Positions 1 through 10,724 of a stretch of DNA of 23,904 nucleotides are shown here, one piece after another. The stretch covers positions 1 through 23,904 of the forward strand of contig NIVC01004237.1 in the NCBI GenBank assembly GCA_002269645.1, in the 5' to 3' direction. This DNA comes from Macrostomum lignano (taxonomy: Eukaryota). Both the position numbers and the translations under genes were made by a program. Position 1 is the stretch's first letter. Every line of letters begins with the position of its first letter. The notes beneath the pieces were generated by a model. It made no database searches, was not told where the DNA came from, and saw only the letters and a list, made by a program, of their open reading frames with translations.

Positions 1-215
1 CCGTGTCGCCTCCGTTGCCGTCGCCCACCCGAAGCCAGTCCGTCAAGTCCGTTCAAGTCTAAGTTGTTTCGCCTGGCCTCTCGTAGCTAACATCGAATAA
101 CAGTAGTTCATGCGCGTTGTCGTGACCGCAACTGCTAGGCAGATCGGTGTCAGTCGGCGCCGATGCCAGCGTATCGTCGTCCACAAAATCAACGTGCGCG
201 TAGTGAATGCTGTTC

Positions 216-632
216 TCAATGTCCACTTGTTTGCCGGAGTGGCGAAAATATTTGACTGTTGAATTTCGGACAGTAGGCTTGGAATTCTTCAACCATGTCC
301 TGGTTGGGTGCGCGATTAACAATGGTCTTACATCTCCGTGTGAGTTGCATTCCATGCGGGGCCACAGAATTCGTGTCTGGTGTATGAATATTTGCCTGGG
401 GCTTGTTCAGAGAACCAACTCCAAAACCCTGGCACTGAGGAAGTGAGCCCTTGAATTTTTGCGGTTCCCTAAAGCCACAGCTACACAAGTACAGAGACAT
501 GAGGGGCGCACTAAAGATGCACTGCAGCCCGACTTTGTCTGCCATGGGTCGAGCAAAAATATCCCAATATGTGGATTCAAATTTGATGTAGCTACGCCTG
601 GAATCGAGCGAAAGCCTTCTGGCCCAAGTCCT
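216..632 (-). CDS. G-alpha-like gene, exon with helical-domain-like sequence (3' end uncertain)
   Basis: Acceptor tatcag|AGG at 632, phase 0, matches the upstream donor. KFESTYWDIFARPMADKVGLQCIF resembles Gq-type [22 protein letters not shown]. The frame stays open to a stop at 216, but similarity fades after ~45 codons. Confidence 0.5.
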   Translation of the reverse strand, partial: RTWARRLSLDSRRSYIKFESTYWDIFARPMADKVGLQCIFSAPLMSLYLCSCGFREPQKFKGSLPQCQGFGVGSLNKPQANIHTPDTNSVAPHGMQLTRRCKTIVNRAPNQDMVEEFQAYCPKFNSQIFSPLRQTSGH

Positions 633-728
633 CTGATAGATAATTTCTAGAATTTCGAAAAAGTCCCTTTGACCAACAACAGCTGCAATCAAACTTTGAT
701 GTAGAATAAAAAACCGCTACCTTCCTAC

Positions 729-913
729 CTTGATGTAGGGATCGTGAAACCAGATGTCCCTAGTGCGCATATTCTCCAGCACAATGTGCACCGCATCTGC
801 TAGATTCTCCAGCACCTGACCGATCAGCGCCTTGCGTTGCTCGTCCGGGAATGCGTCTCCGTAGTGAATTCGAAACTGTTTCACTAACGTACTCTTGCCG
901 CATCCGTTGCCGC
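729..913 (-). CDS. G-alpha-like gene, P-loop exon
   Basis: cttag|GC...AAG|gtagg. Encodes (G)GNGCGKSTLVKQFRIHYGDAFPDEQRKALIGQVLENLADAVHIVLENM...DPYIK, aligning to G-alpha GAGESGKSTIVKQMxIxH. The phase-1 intron splits the P-loop Gly as in animal G-alpha genes. The exon is 185 nt, the length I recall for GNAQ exon 2. Confidence 0.85.
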
Positions 914-1234
914 CTAAGTTAATGTCAAAAAGTGAAATCTGGATTAAACGTTAATATACGTTTTGGTTGAAAAAAACTTGGCAGTTAAAAAATCTAAAGG
1001 AATAGCGCTATGTAACGGATAATATGAATGAATACTGTCATTTTAATTTCATAAAATTAAACTTAAATTAAACTTCAGCATAAACTTAAACTTAATAGTG
1101 AGACACTCTTTTATTGATAGACACACTTATAGACTGTATACACATTTTAGCCTGTCGAGAGACGCACTACAGATGCCGTGAGACACGTTCCGAACTCTCA
1201 AAAGGGCACTTTAGACTGAGGTAAAAACACTTTG

Positions 1235-1748
1235 TCGAGAGACACACTTCAGATTGCGACAGACACACTTCATGCTGTGGTAGACACACTTCATGCTGTG
1301 GTAGACACACTTCAGGCTGTGGTAGACACACTTCAGGCTGTGGTAGACACACTTCAGGCTGTGGTAGACACTTCAGGATATGGTAATCACACTTCAGGAT
1401 ATGGTAGACACACTTCAGGATATGGTAGACACACTTCAGGCTGTGGTAGACACACTTCAGGCTGTGGTAGACACACTTCAGGCTGTGGTAGACACACTTC
1501 AGGCTGTGGTAGACACACTTCAGGATATGGTAGACACACTTCAGGCTGTGGTAGACACACTTCAGGCTGTGGTAGACACACTTCAGGCTGTGGTAGACAC
1601 ACTTCAGGCTGTGGTAGACACTTCAGGCTGTGGTAGACACACTTCAGGCTGTGGTAGACACACTTCAGGCTGTGGTAGACACACTTCAGGCTGTGGTAGA
1701 CACACTTCAGGCTGTGGTAGACACACTTCAGGATATGGTAGACACACT
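1235..1748. repeat. 21-bp minisatellite (CTGTGGTAGACACACTTCAGG)n in G-alpha-like intron
   Basis: Over 20 near-identical tandem units; explains the AVVDTLQ / CLPQPEV ORFs. Confidence 0.95.
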
Positions 1749-1836
1749 TAAGACGTCGAGGTATTTGGAATTATTAGATGTTTAAGAAAGAAACTGTTTT
1801 AACGTGTGTCGTGTTGTACTAGAGTAAAAAACAAAC

Positions 1837-1966
1837 CAATCAGCAGCAGGTGAATCTCCTTGCGCTTGGCTTCCTGGTCAGTCAGCAACAGCTGGTCAAT
1901 TTGCTTCGAACGCATCAGAGCCCTCTTCTGAGCCAGCTTGTTGATGCTGTTAAAATGATCCGATAT
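1837..1966 (-). CDS. G-alpha-like gene, alphaN helix/beta1 exon
   Basis: ttacag|ATA...ATT G|gtttg. Encodes ISDHFNSINKLAQKRALMRSKQIDQLLLTDQEAKRKEIHLLLIG, matching G-alpha (A..RSK.ID..L..D.....E.KLLLLG). Splices in phase to the 729-913 exon. Confidence 0.85.
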
Positions 1967-2820
1967 CTGTAAGAAGTTTTGATGCGAGTTGAATAAGAGA
2001 TCTCTAAGTCCTCAGCGGGTGTCTCTTGCGTGTACCCAGGTATCTGCCAACCAGACGTGAGTTGACGGAGAAGGACTGTTTGGCGCTTTTTAAATCCTCT
2101 GCAGAAACCGGCTCGTAACTCGAGCCGTCATCATTTCCTTAACACACTGAATTTGGCATTTCGCACTATAGATTGTTGGAATCGAAGAATAGGGAAGAAA
2201 ACTACGAGCTAGTTGGTATTCCCAACCACTACTCATTTTCCTAAGCACCCCACGCCGAATTTATTCCAATATATATTTGCTTATCTTCTAATCAAATATA
2301 GCTATAATGCGTGCCATAACTCAAAATAGAAAATTTAGTACTGGATAATTGAATTTCAATCGCAATTAGGGAACAAGCGTTGTTATATGCTTATAAAAAT
2401 ATGCGCGTTTCCCATCCTTTTTTCATAGTCAATTTCTTTATCTCTTCTTCAGCATAATTGGGCGCCCCAATGTTCTATAGGGGAATTAATACGGCCGAGC
2501 AATTGATAGTTTTGAAAAAGAATTGTTTGATTGCAATCTTATTGACTTGTATTCATATTTGATCATTATTTATAGTTACAGTCGGCTACAGCTACCTACC
2601 AGTGATGAAATGACATTGAGAACTTATCCCTACTGACATCTCAACCTTCATCCCTAATGAAATCTCGTCTTTATTGATATTGAATCTCCACTGAGCTCTT
2701 ATATTCACGGAAGTATAATCTTTACCTTCACCTTAACTCTATTTCTTTCTCATGTTATCTACTAATATCTGATCTCTAGTGAGATCTCATCTCTACTATC
2801 ATGGCATCTTCACTGACAGC

Positions 2821-3081
2821 TTTTTATTACACCTGCCTTAATAGGCAGATGTAGCTCGTACAACCGGCCATTGTGGCACGCATCTGAAGGCTGTTTGCGG
2901 CTGTTGAGTCTAAAATCTGTGGTTTGCCATCGCCACACAAGCCCTCAATTACCCCAGGTAATGCTGTCATCCATTTTACAGCTGGGTGAACTGAAGCAAT
3001 GCAGAGTTGAGGTGTCTTTCTCAAAGACACAAGTTGTTCCGAGTGGGTCGAGAACCGAATCCCCTAACCAGTAGGCTACAA
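2821..3081 (-). mobile_element. tRNA-derived CORE-like SINE, copy 1 (diverged, anticodon arm deleted)
   Basis: Reverse complement matches the copies at 4241 and 10725 (TGTAGCCTACTGG head; CAGTTCACCCAGCTGTAAAATGG core; 3' hairpin and A-rich tail). Confidence 0.85.
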
Positions 3082-3131
3082 CCCCCCCCCCCTCTGCTTG
3101 ATGCACATCTTGTGGCCTCCGATCTACTTAC

Positions 3132-3514
3132 TTTTTTACTTGTGTGCCTCTTGGACGATGCGATAGCAACCAGACTGGCCTTCTTAGCCAGCACCCGTCT
3201 GCCTCCAGCCACTCCGCCGCTGCCGCTCCGCCGCCACCATGGCTCGAAAATCTCTTGCTTCCGCCAATAACTGTACCGGCTCTTCTTAGCTTTCTCCTTC
3301 GCTTGTTGTTGCTGCTGCTGCTGTTTGAGGCTGCCGCTGGTGCCGATGCTGTTGCTGACAGTGCCGTAGTGACTGCAGCCGTCGATGAAGAAGTTGAAGC
3401 CTCCTCTACTATGGTAGCATCGATCGTGTCTCCTTGTGTCACCGTCGGCTTTTGCTGCTTCCATTCGTCGTCGTCTTTTGGTACGAGGCAGATTCGTTCC
3501 TCATTGTCGCTCAT
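3132..3514 (-). CDS. Probable first coding exon of the G-alpha-like gene (low-complexity N-terminal extension)
   Basis: GC-rich ORF MSDNEERICLVPKDD... ending at a perfect donor AA|GTAAGT (3131). I could not resolve an in-phase join to the 1966 exon; a small exon near 2050-2140 and/or an indel is needed. Confidence 0.45.
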
Positions 3515-4240
3515 CTTTGCGGAGGAAATCCGACAGCTGGTTTAGTGGGCTGGCCAGCTCTCGTTTGTAAACTGTATTGCCGGTGTCAGATTACAGCGGA
3601 TTTTCCTGCCGCAATGCTAAAATATTAAAGGCCATTTGTTGGCTGCGTCTCAAGGCCTATCACACCAGCTTTCGATTTTATTCGCCCGTGCTCGACTGTG
3701 TGTACCTTCGACTGACGCACCTCGTCCTTCCTTTTTTCCTTTTCTTCCCCTTTCTCCCTCGTGTCAAGGAGGCCCACAGCTAGAACTTGGCGTGCTAGGA
3801 TTGAGTAAACAAATAAAAACGCAAAAAACAAGAACCTTCCTCTATCCCAGTCTGCGAGTTTCTGACTGTTTCGAGTCATTTTGTTTGAACTTTTAAGTAT
3901 AAAGTACTTAAATCTGGAGGTGTAAAAATTGGATTGGTTCAGATTAGAAACTAAAGTGTGTAGAAAATCATGCCAAAAACACAGAGAAAACATTTTAAAA
4001 TGACAGTGTGGTAATTGGGACATGCCAAGGTTCGTGTGGGAAATGCTGAGATGTCAAGGCTCATTGGGGGGAATTGCTGAAATTCTGTGGCTCTTGGTGG
4101 TTACTCAGATGTTTTGAGCCAAAAAAACTCATAGGGAATCTCATATCTTCAGCTAGATAGCTGTTTCTCAAGACTGATGCTGCTTTCCTTTAAACATCAT
4201 TTTCCTGAAGAGATTAGCAATACTGACTTGACTGTACTAC

Positions 4241-4510
4241 GGCTGTTGTAGCCTAGTGGTTAGAGCGTCGGACTCACAATTTGAAGGTCAGGGGTTCGAT
4301 TTCCGATCCCACTGAAACAATTTGTGTCCTTAAACAAGACACTTAACTCTGCATTGCTTCAGTTCACCCAGCTGTAAAATGGGTGCCAGCATTAGCTGGG
4401 GTAATTGAGGCTGTGTGTGTGGCGACTCCCCAGTCCTTGGACTGAACAGCCGTACGCAACCTTCAAATGCGCCGCGAAATAGCTGCGGCTGAGCTGTCGG
4501 TTGCACATCA
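4241..4510 (+). mobile_element. tRNA-derived CORE-like SINE, copy 2 (3' truncated)
   Basis: A box TAGCCTAGTGG, B box GGTTCGATT, then TGTGTCCTT..CAAGACACTTAACTCT...CAGTTCACCCAGCTGTAAAATGGG, resembling the MIR CORE. Confidence 0.9.
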
Positions 4511-5470
4511 AAATACTTACATGTAGTTACTTACATATAGTTTACTCAAAACTGTTATTCCTTTCTTTGTTGCGTCACCAACAGAAGGAGCGCAGATTGC
4601 TAGTTCCTTAAACACAATTAACTGCATTCTGAGCAATATAAATGCGACCTAGTAATAAAAGAGAAGTTAAAAGACACTAAGCTACAATCAAGTTTTATAG
4701 TTGTCCAAAAATGTAAGGCTTGAATAAGAGTTGTCAGTCCAAGTTCTGAGTCTCCTTGCCCTCTCCCAACCACCTCCTCATTCTTATGCACTGTCATTAT
4801 CTCCCATTGAAAAGCAAACCGAACAAAATTCAATCCCAAGCCCCTGCAGTCTTCTCCCTTCTATGTATTATTATATACACGCTCGTATATAAATCAGTGC
4901 CTCTTTGCAACCAATCAACTCTTCGAACCGGTCGAAGCTCTGGAATTTGGTGCCTCCGCATTTTACTTTCTTCTATCTCTATCATTCCTATTCTATTTGA
5001 GTCTATACTGCTCAGAATCCCTATATATCACCCCTCACCATTTGCCTCTGGCCTATTCATTTCCGCCTTATTCTCATTCGGAACTTCACATTCCCCAGTT
5101 TCTTATAATTGCTCACTCGCTCTCTCTCTATCCGATCTAGCTCCTGTTGGTCTCTCTCTCTCTTTCTTTCCCATTTATGGCTCCCCCTCCCAACGATAAG
5201 ATGGGACAGCGCGAGTTTGGTGGCTTCAACCTCTATAGCTATGGGCATTTTAATCAAACTGCCAATGCGCTCAAGACTTTCGAATATAGAATCTATATAG
5301 TTCTTATAGTATAAGTGTGAGCGCTATCGATGCCGCGATTGAATGGGTCCTATCTATCTCACTACTGTCTGACACTTTGCCTCCATTCGATTCATTAACC
5401 CCCCTCCCCCATAGCAACCCCAAACTTCGTCGCTCGGCTTCTTATCGACAGGCAAATTAATCTTCTCCCT

Positions 5471-5573
5471 CTACGGCAAGAGAGAAGGACGATCGGTCTT
5501 ATATGGAACTGGAGCTGGGATTCTGTGTTTAGCGACTGGGGCCGCTTCATCATCATCTTGTTTAAAGTACCCA
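5471..5573 (-). CDS. NLR-like gene, probable terminal exon
   Basis: Donor AA|GTGAGG at 6004 and acceptor acag|T at 5573 join in phase 2 across an AT-rich intron, giving N-GYFKQDDDEAAPVAKHRIPAPVPYKTDRPSLLP-stop. Confidence 0.6.
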
Positions 5574-6004
5574 CTGTCTTAAATTTTCATTTAAAACCAA
5601 CCAAGTGTAAAAACTATTATTCACTTGTTTATATTTTTTCTAGAAAAATTGACAAGAACTTTTCCTGTTAGTCTGTTACAAAGCTGTCTGTTAAAAAATT
5701 GAAAATTATATTGTATCATTTAGCTTAATGTTATTATAGAGAATAAATAAACTTAAAACAATACTGTATGTTTTACGTACAGTTTTTACTTTAGAAAAAA
5801 TATCTTTGTCTCAGTAAGATATCGCTTAAATTCTAGGATTTCTCGTTCTGTGCAAACAGTTACAAAGTTCTTGTGGGCCGTATTAACGAAGGAGGGCAGT
5901 GCTAAACAAAAACTATTCACAACTTTTAAAAAGTTATTGAAATTCACTGTTATTTGATAATAATAGTTAGGATGCGTCTTCATCATCGGCCATGGTTTCC
6001 TCAC

Positions 6005-8539
6005 TTGACTGACAGCGGGTTTCTCTTAGTATTGGCCCTCTCGTTCGTCGGTCTCTGCCGATACTCCACCCCGATGCCGTCCACGACCGCCCGATTCTTG
6101 CGCGTCTCCGTCTGGCTCTCCTCGCCCAGAACCCGGCGACCCTCCTCGCTGACGACCTCCTGCGTGACCGTGAGAAGTTTCAGCATCTTATTAATCTTTA
6201 GAATTCTAGCCACCTCTTTGCAAGCTCTCGTGTCCATTGGCACCTGGCGTAAGAATAGCTTCTCAAGCTTGTTATTAATTTTCAGCGCTTCGGATAGAGA
6301 GAAGAAGCAGACATTGTCCAGGCGGATTCCGCTCAAATCCAGCAGGACAATGGTCCGATTGCTAGAGAATGCGGCGATGAAAGTGTTAAAGGCCATCGCA
6401 TCAATCTTGAGGTTAGCCAAGATCAGGCCTTCTAGACTCTTGCTCTCCATCAGCTTTCCGTTGAGATCCTGCGATGCCACTATGCTCATCTGGCAGCCAG
6501 AAAAGTCTAGAATGCGCAGGTTGTCCGCAAATTTAGTTGGCAAATTTTTTATTATGCTTCCAACCAGCGACATGTGGTGACAATTTTGAAATGCGAACGT
6601 TTCTAGTTTAGTCATGTTCGAGCAGGCTTCGCGCATGTTGTTTAGCATTTTTGGCGACAACTGGTCCAGCTTCTTTCCTGACTCGTCGATGCACTCAAGA
6701 TTCTTCAGATGAAAGCCGGTCTGATCGGGCTTCTTACGCCTGATTTCCATCTGGCCTGTAGAATTGGCGGGGTCCTCTGGCTCCGGACAGCACACGGTTT
6801 GAAGGAAGTCTGCCATTAGATCCTTCTCTGTCCAGTAGATGCGGAGCGTCTTGATGTGAACGTTCGTTTTCATTGCGGTAGCCAGACTTTTGTATGCCTC
6901 AAGCGTCTCTTTGGCTAGCAGATCTAGGCGCAAGTCCACCTCTTGGATGGTCGTGTGGTTAAACTTGATCATCTTGGACAGGCCTGTAAGCGACAATCTC
7001 GGAATGATGCCCTCGTGCTTCACGGTGAATCGCTCTGGCAGCGATTCAACAATTTTCTTGCCAAGATCTCTGCGGGCCATGTCCATGACCGCCACGCATT
7101 CCAGACTGAGCTGGTAGTCCATGATCTTGCCCTCGACCAGTTGACTGTCTTCTGGCGACGTAGCCGCTGGCATTTTCATGCGACTCGCTTTGCCTCGCCG
7201 TTTGTTATACTGCAGTATCTTTGCAAACAGTTCCCGGGTGGCCGGCGTGTCGTTGTCCGACTTGCGGATGCTGCAGTAGAACACAACAACATTGTAGGAG
7301 ATCGGAGTCATACTCATGTTCTGGAAGAAGCGGCTAGCTTCATCTGTTCCACTAGTGTCTAGATTTTTCGCGGCGAGATACTCTTGAATAAGACGATTGC
7401 CAAACATGTAGCGCTGGTTATCCTCTGCGGTGAGGTTTGTAGCCAGTTGAATCAGGCCGAACTTAGTCATCATGTGGTCCTCCTTGGCCAAAATGAAAGT
7501 TGCGCTGCCTTTCTTTATGGTGTCCATAGCGCGTTCGGACAGCATTGCGTAGGCGCGATTCGCTTCGAAGCGACTCTCCTTTTCGCGTTCGATCAGCTTC
7601 AACTTGATGCAGGAGACAAACTGTTCCACAATTGTTGTCGGAGAGTTCAGATCGATACTCATGCGCATGTCGGTCAGCAGGCAGAAGAACGAACAGTACA
7701 AAGGCACCTGTGAGTAATGTCGCAGGGACGCTATTTTGCTTTGATTTGAATTTTCACCGTTTGAATCCTGTTGTTGCTGCTGATCGTTTCCTTGACCCTT
7801 GCTAGAGCTGCGGCTTAGTTTTGTGCTGACTTTGTCCGTGTTTTCCCTCTCCAAAGGTCGCTCGTCTCTGGGCTTTGCCGAGGTCACAGATGTCGCCGAT
7901 TCTGACGACCCGCGTCGCCTCTGCGGCTCCTGCGACTTTTTCGCTGCATCCAGCAGCTTTTGAAGCTCAGTTGATTTTTTTGCCACTACTAGCTTGTTTA
8001 GAAACGAGGAAAAGTGTTCCCACGGCTTCTTAGCTAGTTTGACGTACTTCTGAACGTACTCCTCTGCCTGGGATTTGGCGAATCCGGTCAGAATTACCTT
8101 GCGCTGGTAGCGGTGCATCAGTCTGACTGTAAAGTTAGTCTGACTAAATACCAGAATGTGCAGTTCCGGCATGATGTTCTCAAATAGCAAACTCTTCATC
8201 TCATCATTTAGATTGTCTTCGTAGCCATCTATGATGAGCAGTGTGCTCGCCTGGTGCATGTTCATCACCTCCCAAATTTCGCGTTCGGCCAGCTTGCAGT
8301 CGCCTCCGAAAAGCTGTTCCATCATCATCACTTTCACTGTGGGCGCTGTTACTTTAAGATCAAGCAAGATTAGCAGTTGGAAAGGCCGTCCGAATACGTT
8401 TTCGTCCAAAGACCATTTGTAGGCCATATACTTAGCCAGCGTACTCTTCCCTGTTCCAGGGTCACCCTCAATAACTACTGTATGCGGGTCTTTTTCGCCT
8501 TCCTTATAATCAAAAACTTGGAAGGCGTTGACTGACTTT
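6005..8539 (-). CDS. NLR-like gene, NACHT-WHD-LRR exon
   Basis: Acceptor gcag|A at 8539. Walker A GDPGTGKS (8443-8466), Walker B LLIIDGYED, ILTGF, VPLYC, QEYLAA, then RI-type LRRs (LRILDFSGCQM, LEGLILANLKI, IVLLDLSGIRL, LEKLFLRQVPM). No frameshifts. If unspliced, it stops at 6001. Confidence 0.93.
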
Positions 8540-8616
8540 CTGCAATTTTAAATTGAGAAATCAAAGTTGAAAATTATGTCTTGCTTAATGATCTGATCTG
8601 TTTTCCTGCTACTTAC

Positions 8617-8758
8617 CCATTCAAATTGAGCAGCTGCTGTTGGCAGTAGAATTCGGCAATGTCTGTTTCAACTTTAGTGTACCATGGAATCGGATTCCAT
8701 TTGGCGTACGCGGTGGAGTACCGCTCTCGAAGAATGTTGTTACAGTAAGGTAGACCCT
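8617..8758 (-). CDS. NLR-like gene, pre-NACHT (FISNA-like) exon
   Basis: ttcag|AG...GG|gtaagt, phases 1 and 2 match both neighbours. Encodes GLPYCNNILRERYSTAYAKWNPIPWYTKVETDIAEFYCQQQLLNLNG, with the PxPW motif typical upstream of invertebrate NACHT domains. Confidence 0.88.
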
Positions 8759-8835
8759 CTGAAGAAACAGAAGAAACAGAAAAATCCTGTGATCAACTCT
8801 TAGAAGAGGATTTACTAATTATTATAAATACTTAC

Positions 8836-9970
8836 GTGGTTTATTAGCAAGGATGTCGGCCTTAGCGGCCTGGTAGTCCTGGTGCATCTGCTGGTACACC
8901 TGTTCGTTCTTGGGTTTCAGCGATTCAACGAACTCATCCAACACATTGCCAGATTTTGGCACTAGAAAGTCGATCAACGTCGACATCTGCTCGTTGTTGC
9001 GCAGAGTAGAAAATATTTCCGTGCTCTCGTCTTGGGTAATAATCTCCTTGTTCATCAGATGCTCAACCACTGTGTCCGCTTTTACATCGTTGAGCAGCTG
9101 TTCGTAGTACTTGTCGAGAATTAGGCGCTCCGCTAATACCATGCCAGTTTTGATATGAGCCCATCTCTGACAGCGCGACTTGTCGCTCATGTCCATCGTC
9201 GCCTTTCCAACAACCGACTGGCGTTTTTTCGTTTCCGACGTGTCCAAATCGCGCGTCTTGAGCCGTTTCTGCAGAATAGGAATCTCTTCGCGCTTCTTCT
9301 TTCGTTCTTGGTTTTCGATTTCTCTCTTCAACTGGCTGACCTCTTGGCGGTACCAGACGAGGAATTCGCCCAGAATGAAGCGCGATTCAGTCTCGTCCAT
9401 GCTAGTGTCCTGCTTGTATGCGTTCATACAGTCTGCTGCACCCGAGTGTCCCAGTCGCTGGAGCTGCTCGGCAATGCGGCTAAACAGTCTGTTAGCTGCG
9501 CTCGCCTTTAAGGTCTGCAGCGAGGCGAGCTCGCGTTGAATGCCCAGTAGGCGTTGCAGCGCTGCGCCCTGGCTGTCATCGCGAGGTTCCGGATCTCCCA
9601 TCCAGCCGTTTGGCTGCGGCTTCGTCACATCGCAGGTGTATTTTACTAACAGGAGCAGCAGACGCAGGTCGTAGTTGTCAGCGGACACGGAAGATTTCTC
9701 CTTCGGGTAGAGCGTCTGCCAGTCGTCTTCGGTTAGCATGTCTTTGATCTTAAGTCGCCTCAGCGTCCGGTGAATGTCCGGCGAGGCCAAGTGTTCCGTT
9801 AGCTCGTCCGTTGGATGCTTGGAATCGAATAGGCTTCTCAAGCACGCCTTGCCCTCTCGCATGAGAAAGTGGCACACCTGGATAGGTTCTCTACGCTCCT
9901 CTCGTCGGTCATGTCCAACTGCAGCTTGGGCGTGTTGTCTACCACGCCGAACTGAAATTTTGGATGTCAT
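8836..9970 (-). CDS. NLR-like gene, HEPN(DZIP3-like), coiled coil and CARD-like exon
   Basis: Donor C|GTAAGT at 8835. LRSLFDSKHP...WQTLYP...YDLRLLLLLVKYTC...NGW..P...D resembles DZIP3-type HEPN. LDKYYEQLLNDVKADTVVEHLMNKEIIT...LIDFL...DEFVESL resembles a CARD. The exon may begin at the acceptor at 9951 rather than the ATG at 9970. Confidence 0.88.
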
Positions 9971-10033
9971 TAACCAATGTTAAAATGCAACATTTTAGTA
10001 AAGTATCCAACAGTTAGACAGTTAGTAACTCAC

Positions 10034-10121
10034 AACCACTTGATTTTTCGGCCGAGCGGCCAAGGTCATTCGACGAACTTCTGGCATCCTCAGCTGTGAG
10101 CTGCAGGTTTTCTGTCAGCTT
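10034..10121 (-). CDS. NLR-like gene, candidate upstream exon
   Basis: taacag|AAG...T|GTGAGT, open frame KLTENLQLTAEDARSSSNDLGRSAEKSSG; phase 1 fits the acceptor tttcag|TT at 9951. The start codon lies further upstream and was not identified. Confidence 0.5.
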
Positions 10122-10724
10122 CTGTTAAGCTCAGATTTCAACTACTCAGATATTGGGCTTTAGTCTTTACTCTAAACTTCTATCTTTGTTAGCAGGTGAA
10201 AAAGCATGAAGATTTAAGAATTTTTATCTCTTTCTCTTGCTCTTCTGCTCAAGCGCACTTGCAGCCCAGCCCTCCTTGTTGAGTAGCTCTGGAAAGCTCT
10301 GAGCTCTATTGTTAGTCCGTCTCTTATGCCCTCGACACCCCCGTTAGACTCGAATAGCTCTGTGCTCTGTGCGCTGGAGACATGAAAGCTGTTAAAAGGC
10401 GGTGCGCGTTGCGTACTTTGAATGCATCTGTTCTCAAATATTTTCATTCTACTCTGCAGAGATTTACTGCGTGTGCAAAGATGTGGCTGTCTACTGTGTT
10501 TCTTCTGCTACCATTTTGCGCTGAGGAGTTTGTCTTATAAGACGCAAAATGGTAGAACAATAAAAATGCTCCTGCGTGTGTACGAGGGGGTCTATTCTAT
10601 CTTACAGACTCAGTTTTGTTGCCAAGGTGATGCAACACACTCTCGCGTACACACTTCTACGTACAATGTACTGACCCTCTGTTGCACTTTGTCTCCTGTG
10701 GCATATATTTATTGTATATTACTT

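Noticed and set aside
1167-1751. Overlapping ORFs (AVVDTLQ, CLPQPEV, GRHTSGC repeats)
   Set aside because: Translations of a 21-bp intronic minisatellite, open in several frames on both strands.
4241-4315. tRNA-Val(CAC) gene (also near 10725)
   Set aside because: The acceptor stem does not close well and the sequence runs straight into a shared SINE body; these are SINE heads.
4618-5300. ORFs 4756-5199, 5057-5257 and 5109-5300
   Set aside because: Pyrimidine-rich low-complexity sequence with no recognisable motif; probably NLR 3' UTR or intergenic.
5954-9539. Plus-strand ORFs within the NLR gene
   Set aside because: Antisense shadows of a long coding region.
6001-9970. Bacterial STAND/Avs anti-phage system or horizontal transfer
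   Set aside because: The gene has phase-consistent spliceosomal introns and an animal-type CARD and RI-like LRRs.
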